DNA from: the human T2T-CHM13v2.0 reference genome, Homo sapiens
Assembly: GCF_009914755.1 (NCBI RefSeq)
Contig: NC_060933.1
DNA length: 64,000 nt
Direction: 5' to 3' (one strand)
Position 1 is the stretch's first letter; each line of letters starts with the position of its first letter. Of this stretch, positions 56,701 through 64,000 are shown one piece after another. Under the pieces are notes generated by a model that worked only from the letters and a program-made list of their open reading frames with translations, searched no databases and was not told the origin of the DNA. The position numbers and the translations under genes are program-made.

Positions 56701-58640
56701 ATGGAATCAACTCGATTGTAATGGAATGGAATGGAATGGAATGGAATGGAATGGAATTAACCCGAATACAATGCAATGGAATGGAATGGAACGGAATGGA
56801 GTGGAATGGAATGGAATCAACCCGAGTGCAGGGGAATGGAATGGAATGGAATGCAATGGAAAGGAATCATCCGGAATGGAATGGAATGGAATGGAATGCA
56901 AAGCAATGGAATCAACTCGATTGCAATGGAATGGAACGGAATGGAAAGGAATACATTGGAATCAACCCGAGTGGAAAGGAATGGAAAGGACTGGAATGGA
57001 GTGGAATGGAATGGAAAGGAATGGAATGGAATGGAAAGGAATCAACTTGATTGGAATGGAATGGAATGGAATGGAATGGAATTAACCCGAATAGAAAGGA
57101 ATGGAATGGAATGGAACGGAACGGAATGGAATGGAATGGAATGGAATGGAATGGAATGGAATGGAATGGAATCAACCCGACTGCAGGGGAATGGAATGGA
57201 ATGGAATGCAATGGAATGGATTCAACTTGAATGGAATGGAAAGAATGGAATCAACACGAGTGGAATGGCATGGATTGGAATGGTATGGAATGGAATCAAC
57301 CCGAGTACAGTGGAATGGAATGGAATGGAATGCAATGGAATGGAATCATCCGTAATGGAATGGAAAGGAATGGAATGGAATGGAATGGAATGGAATGGAA
57401 TGGAATGGAATGGAATGGAACGGAGAGGAATGGAATGGAATGGAATGGAATGGAATCAACGCGAGTGCAATGGAATGGAGTGGAATGGAATGGAATCGAA
57501 TGGAACAATCCGAATGGAATGGAATGGAATGGAGAGTAAGGGAGTTGAATAGAATCAATCCGAATGTAATGGAATGGAATACAACGGAATGGAATGGAAT
57601 GGAATGGAATGGAATGCAATGGAATGGAATCAACCCGAGTACAATGGAATGGAATGGAATGGAATGGAATGGAATGGAATGGAATGGAATGGAATGGAAT
57701 GATACGGAATAGAATGGAATGTAACGAAATGGAATGGAATGGAATGGAATGGAATGGATTGGAATGGAATGGAATGGAATCGTTCCGAGTGGAATAGGAG
57801 GGAATGTATTCGAGTGGAATGGAAAGGAATGGAATCAACCAGAGTGGAATGGAAGGGAATGGAATGGAATGGAAACTAATAGAATGGAATCAACCCAAGT
57901 GGAATGGAATGGAAAGGACTGGAATGGAATGGAAAGGAATGGAATCAACTCGATTGTAATGGAATGGAATGGAACGGAATGGAATGGAATGGAATGGAAT
58001 TGAATGGAATTAACCCGAATACAATGGAATGGAATGGAATGGAACGGAATGGAGTGGAATGGAATGGAATCAACCCGAGTGCAGGGGATTAGAATGGAAT
58101 GGAATGCAATGGAATGGAATCATCCGGAATGGAATGGAATGGAATGGAATGCAAAGCAATGGAATCAACATGATTGCAATGGAATGGAATGGAATGGAAA
58201 GGAATACATTGGAATCAACCCGACTGGAATGGAAGGGAAAGGACTGGAATGGAGTGGAATGGAATGGAATGGAATGGAATGGAATCAACTCGATTGGAAT
58301 GGAATGGAATGGAATGGAATGGAATGGAATGGAATTAACCCGAATAGAATGGAATGGAATGGAATGGAACGGAACGGAATGGAATGGAATGGAATGGAAT
58401 GGAATGGAATGGAATGGAATCAACCCGACTGCAGGGGAATGGAATGGAATGGAATGCAATGGAATGGATTCAACTTGAATGGAATGGAAAGAATGGAATC
58501 AACACGAGTGGAATGGCATGGATTGGAAAGGAATGGAATGGAATCAACCCGAGTACAGGGGAATGGAATGGAATGGAATGCAATGGAATGGAATCATCCG
58601 TAATGGAATGGAAAGGAATAGAATGGAATGGAATGGAATG
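53790..58640 (-). repeat. Three dispersed/tandem copies of a ~1-1.2 kb module
   Basis: CGTTCCGAGTG(G/C)AATAGGAGGGAATGTATTCGAG at ~53998, 56543 and 57781. Each is followed by AAACTAATAG, GCAAAGCAAT, GGAATACATTGG, CCCGACTGCAGGGG and TTCAACTTGAA in the same order. Confidence 0.8.
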
Positions 58641-61600
58641 GAATGGAATCAACTCGATTGCATTCGAATGGAATGGAATGGAATTAACCTGCATAGAATG
58701 GAATGGAATGGAATGGAATGGAATGGAACGGAACGGAACGGAATGGAATGGAATGAAATGGAACGGAACGGAACGGAACGGAACGGAATAGAATGGAATG
58801 GAATGGAATGGAATCAACGCGAGTGCAGGGGAATGGAATGGAATGGAATGCAATGGAATGGAATCTTGCGGAATGGAATGGAATGGAATGTAATGGAATG
58901 AAATGCAATGGATTCAACTCGATAGCAATGGAATGGAATAGAATGGAATGCAATGGAATGGAAAGGAATGGAATTAACCCGAATAGAATGGAATGGAATG
59001 CAATGGAACGGAATGGAACGGAATGGAATGGAATGGAATGGAATAGAATGGTATGGAATGGAATGGAATGGTACGGAAGAGAATCGAATGGAACGAATTG
59101 TAATGGAATGGAATTGAATGGAATGGAATGGAATGGAATGGAATCAACGCCAGTGCAGGGGAATGTAATGGAAGGGAATGCAATGCAATGGAATCATCCG
59201 GAATTGAATGGAATGGAATGGAATGGAATGGAATGGAATCAACCCGAGTGCAATGGAATGGAGTGGAATGGAATGGAATGGAATGGAAAAACCCGAATGG
59301 AATGGAATGTAATGGAGAGTAAGGGAGTTGAATAGAATCAATCCGAATGTAATGGAATGGAATGCAACGGAATGGAATGGAATGGAATGGAATGGAATGC
59401 AATGGAATGGAATCAACCCGAGTACAATGGAATGGAATGGAATGGAATGGAATGGAATGGAATGGAATGGAAAGAAATGGAATGATACGGAATAGAATGG
59501 AATGGAACGAAATGGAATGGAATGGAATGGAATGGAATGGAATGGAATGGAAACTACCCGAATGGAATGGAATGTAATGGAGTGTAAGGGAATTGAATAG
59601 AATCAATCCGAATGTAATGGAATGGAATGGAACGGAATGGAATGGAATGGAATGGAATGGAATGGAATGGAATGCAATGGAATGGAATGGAATGCAATGG
59701 AATGGAATCAACCCGAGTGCAATCGAATGGAATAGAATGGAATGGAATGCAATGGAATGGATTCAACTTGAATGGAATGGAAAGAATGGAATCAACACGA
59801 GTGGAATGGCATGGATTGGAATGGAATGGAATGGAATCAACCCGAGTACAGGGGAATGGAATGGAATGGAATGCAATGGAATGGAATCATCCGTAATGGA
59901 ATGGAAAGGAATGGAATGGAATGGAATGGAATGGAATGGAATGGAATGGAATAGAATCAACTCGATTGCAATCGAATGGAATGGAATGGAATTAAACCGA
60001 ATAGAATGGAATGGAATGGAATGGAACGGAACGGAATGGAATGGAATGGAATGGAATGGAATGGAATGGAACAGAACGGAACGGAACGGAACGGAATGGA
60101 ATGGAATGGAATGGAATGGAATGGAATCAACGCGAGTGCAGGGGAATGGAATGGAATGGAATGCAATGGAATGGAATCTTCCGGAATGGAATGGAATGGA
60201 ATGGAATGAAATGCAATGGATTCAACTCGATTGCAATGGATTGGAATAGAATGGAATGGAATGGAATGGAATGGAATGGAATTAACCCGAATAGAATGGA
60301 ATGGAATGGAATGGAATGGAACGGAATGGAACCGAATGGAATGGAATGGAATGGTATGGAATGGAATGGAATGGTACGGAATAGAATGGAATGGAATGGA
60401 ATTGTAATGGAATGTAATTGAATGGAATGGAATGGAATGGAATGGAATCAACGCAAGTGCAGGGGAATGTAATGGAACGGAATGCAATGGAATGGAATCA
60501 TCCGGAATGGAATGGAATGGAATGGAATGGAATGGAATGGAATGGAATGGAATCAACCCGAGTGCAATGGAAGGGAGTGGAATGGAATGGAATGGAATGG
60601 AACAACCCGAATGGAACGGAATGTAATGGAGAGTAAGGGAGTTGAATAGAATCAATCCGAATGTAATGGAATGGAATGCAACGGAATGGAATGGAATGGA
60701 ATGGAAAGGAATAGAATGGAATGGAATGCAATGGAATGGAATCAACCCAAGTACAATGGAATGGAATGGAATGGAATGGAATGGAATGGAATGGAATGGA
60801 ATCAACCCGAGTGCAGGGGAATGGAATGGAATGGAAAGCAATGGAATGGAATCATCCGGAATGGAATGGAATGGAATGCAATGGAATGGAATGGAATGGA
60901 ATGGAATCAACCTAAGTGCAATGGAACAGAATGAAATGGAATGGAATGGAATGGAAACAACCAGAATGGATTGGAATATAATGGAGTGTAAGGGAATTGA
61001 ATAGAATGAATCTGAATGTAATGAAATGGAATGGAACGGAACGGAATGGAATGGAATGGAATGGAATGCAATGGAATGGAATCAACCCGCGTGCAATCGA
61101 ATGGAATTGAATGCAATGGAATGCAATGGAATGGATTCAACTTGAATGGAATGGAAAGAATGGAATCAACACGAGTGGAATGGCATGGATTGGAATGGAA
61201 TGGAATAGAATCAACCCGAGTACAGGGGAATGGAATGGAATGGAATGCAATGGAATGGAATCATCCGTAATGGAATGGAAAGGAATGGAATGTAATGGAA
61301 TGGAATGCAATGGAATGGAATGGAATGGAATCAACTCGATTGCAATCGAATGGAATGGAATGGAATTAACCCGAAGAGAATGGAATGGAATGGAATGGAA
61401 CGGAACGGAATGGAATGGAATGGAATGGAATGGAATGGAACGGAAAGGAAGGGAATGGAATGGAATAGAATGGAATGGAATGGAATCAACGCGAGTTTAG
61501 GGGAATGGAATGGAATGGAATGCAATGGAATGGAATCATCCGGAATGGAATGGAATGGAATGCAATGGAATGGAATAGAATGGAATCAACCCGAGTGCAA

Positions 61601-64000
61601 TGGAACGGAGTGAAATGGAATGGAATGGAATGGAAACAACCAGAATGGATTGGAATATAATGGAGTGTAAGGGAATTGAATAGAATCAATCCGAATGGAA
61701 TGGAATGGAATGCAACGGAATGGAATGGAATGGAATGGAATGGAATGCAATGGAATGGAATCAACCCGAGTGCAATCGAATGGAATCGAATGGAATGGAA
61801 TGCAATGGAATGGATTCAACTTGAATGGAATGGAAAGAATGGAATCAACACGAGTGGAATGGCATGGATTGGAATGGAATGGAATGCAATCAACCCGAGT
61901 ACAGAGGAATGGAATGGAATGGAATGCAATGGAATGGAATCATCCCTAATGGAATGAGAAGGAATGGAATGGAATGGAATGGAATGGAATGGAATGGAAT
62001 GGAATGGAATGGAATGGAATCAACTCGATTGCAATCGAATGGAATGGAATGGAATTAACCCGAATAGAATGGAATGGAATGGAATGGAACGGAACGGAAC
62101 GGAATGGAATGGAATGGAATGGTACGGAACGGAACGGAACGGAATGGAATGGAATGGAATGGAATGGAATGGAATGGAATGGAATCAAAGCGAGTGCAGG
62201 GGAATGGAATGGAATGGAATGCAATGGAATGGAATCTTCCGGAATGGAATGGAATGGAATGGAATGAAATGCAATGGATTCAAATCGATTGCAATGGAAT
62301 GGAATAGAATGGAATGGAATGGAATGCAATGGAATTAATCCGAATAGAATGGAATGGAATGGAATGGAACGGAATGCAACGGAATGGAATGGAATGGAAT
62401 GGAATGGTACGGAATGGAATGGAATGGTACGGAATAGAATGGAATGGAACGAATTGCAATGGAATGGAATTGAATGGAATGGAATGGAATGGAATGGAAT
62501 GGAATCAACGCGATTGCAGGGGAATGTAATGGAACGGAATGCAATGGAATGGAATCATCCGGAATGGAATGGAATGGAATGGAATGGAATGGAATCAACC
62601 CGAGTGCAATGGAATGGAGTGGAATGGAATGGAATGGAATGGAACAACCCGAAGGGAATGTAATGTAATGCAGAGTAAGGGAGTTGAATAGAATCAATCC
62701 GATTGTAGTGGAATGGAATGCAACGGAATGGAATGGAATGGAATGGAATGGAATGGAATGGAATGCAATGGAATGGAATCAACTCGAGTAAAGTGGAATG
62801 CAATGGAATGGAATGGAATGGAATGGAATGGAATGGAATGGAATAGAATGGAATGGAATTGAATGGAATGGAACGCCTTCAAACCGAATGGAATGGAAAG
62901 GAATGGAATCAACACGAGTGGAATGGAATGGAATGGAAAGGAAAGGAATGGAATGGAATGGTACCGAATAGAATGGAATGGAACGAACTGGAATGGAATG
63001 GAATGGAATGGAATGGAATGGAATCGTTCCGAGTGGAATAGGAGGGAATGTATTCGAGTGGAATGGAAAGGAATGGAATCAACCAGAGTGGAATGGAAGG
63101 GAATGGAATGGAATGGAAACTAATAGAATGGAATCAACCCGAGTGGAATGGAATGGAAAGGACTGGAATGGAATGGAATGGAATGGAATGGAATGGAATC
63201 AACTCGATTGGAATGGAATGGAATGGAATGGAATGGAATGGAATGGAAAGGACTGGAATGGAATGGAATGGAACGGAATGGAATGGAATGGAATCAACTC
63301 GATTGGAATGGAATGGAATGGAATGGAATGGAATGGAATTAACCCGAATAGAATGGAATGGAATGGAATGGAATCAACTCGATTGCAATGGAATGGAATG
63401 GAATGGAATGGAATCGAATGGAATGGAATGGAATTAACCGGAATAGAATGGAATGGAATGGAATGGAACGGAATGGAATGGAATGGAATGGAATGGAATG
63501 GAATGGAATGGAATGGAATCAACCCGAGTGCAGGGGAATGGAATGGAATGGAATGCAATGGAATGGAATCATCCGGAATGGAATGGAATGGAATGGAATG
63601 CAATCAACCTGATGTAATGGAATGGAGTGGAATGGAATGGAATGGAATTAACCCGAATAGAATGGAATGGAATGGAATGGAACGGAATGGAATGGAATGG
63701 AATGGAATGGAATGGAATGGAATGGAATCTACCCGACTGCAGGGGAATGGAATGGAATGGAATGGAATGGAATGGAATGGAATGGAATGGAATCTACCCG
63801 ACTGCAGGGGAATGGAATGGAATGGAATGCAATGGAATGGACTCATCCGGAACGGAATGGAATGGAATGGAATGCAATCAACTTGATTGCAATGGAATGG
63901 AATGGAATGGAATGCAATCGAATGGAATGGAATGGAATTAACCCGAATAGAAAGGAATGGAATGGAATGGAAAGGAATGGAAGGGAATGGAATGGAATGT

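Larger units (their letters stand above)
35623..62245. promoter_or_regulatory. About fifteen perfect heat-shock-element motifs (gGAAt-nTTCc-nGAAt) in the right array
   Basis: Starts at 35623, 37406, 38000, 38939, 43335, 45432, 46386, 47015, 47673, 52505, 53329, 55082, 55869, 60173 and 62231. All match nGAAnnTTCnnGAAn. This is a motif match only. Confidence 0.55.
26775..64000 (-). repeat. Satellite III (HSat3) array in opposite orientation, G-rich (GGAAT)n strand on +
   Basis: Continuous GGAAT pentamers with CAACCCGAGT/TAACCCGAAT insertions. These are the same motifs as in the left array, in reverse complement. Confidence 0.96.

Noticed and set aside
102-63941. Hundreds of ORFs, including 527 aa at 15724-17307 and 397 aa at 5593-6786
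   Set aside because: The pentamer has no stop codon in any frame. The products are poly-IPFHS or poly-MEWNG overlapping in all six frames with no domain content.
1-64000. Repeat/spacer-like alternation resembling a CRISPR array
   Set aside because: The 'spacers' are recurrent degenerate pentamers rather than unique sequences, with no constant periodicity, leader or cas genes.
1-64000. HSat2, alpha satellite/CENP-B boxes, telomeric repeat, Alu/L1 insertions
   Set aside because: I saw no 171-bp monomers, TTAGGG tracts, poly-A tails or non-satellite stretches. CATTCGAT-rich HSat2 structure is only sporadic.
1-64000. Assignment to a specific chromosome, species or HSat3 subfamily
   Set aside because: The CAACCCGAGT-rich pattern hints at a B-type HSat3, but this cannot be settled without k-mer or database comparison.
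26775-64000. EWS-FLI1-type GGAA microsatellite or canonical G-quadruplex
   Set aside because: The unit is GGAAT rather than tandem GGAA, and G3+ tracts are isolated, not clustered in fours.

Overview
The whole 64 kb window is a primate (human or great-ape type) pericentromeric Satellite III (HSat3) array. It consists of diverged (CATTC)n/(GGAAT)n pentamers interspersed with the classic Sat III decamer A(C/T)TCGGGTTG (CAACCCGA[G/A]T on the other strand) and about two dozen recurrent variant motifs. I found no credible genes, RNA genes, transposon insertions or CRISPR arrays. All listed ORFs are poly-(IPFHS) or poly-(MEWNG) read-outs of the pentamer. The main structural event is a single strand switch at 26775-26776: CATTC on + to the left, GGAAT on + to the right. 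The flanks are ordered, diverged mirror copies around an 89-bp spacer, which looks like a fold-back inverted duplication. Other notable points: about 21 perfect three-pentamer heat-shock elements confined to the outer domains; two interleaved motif 'dialects'; nested duplications from 50 bp to ~9 kb; and a near-unidirectional (-1) bias of pentamer register shifts. I see no new protein-coding system. All counts and alignments were made by eye and need computational confirmation.
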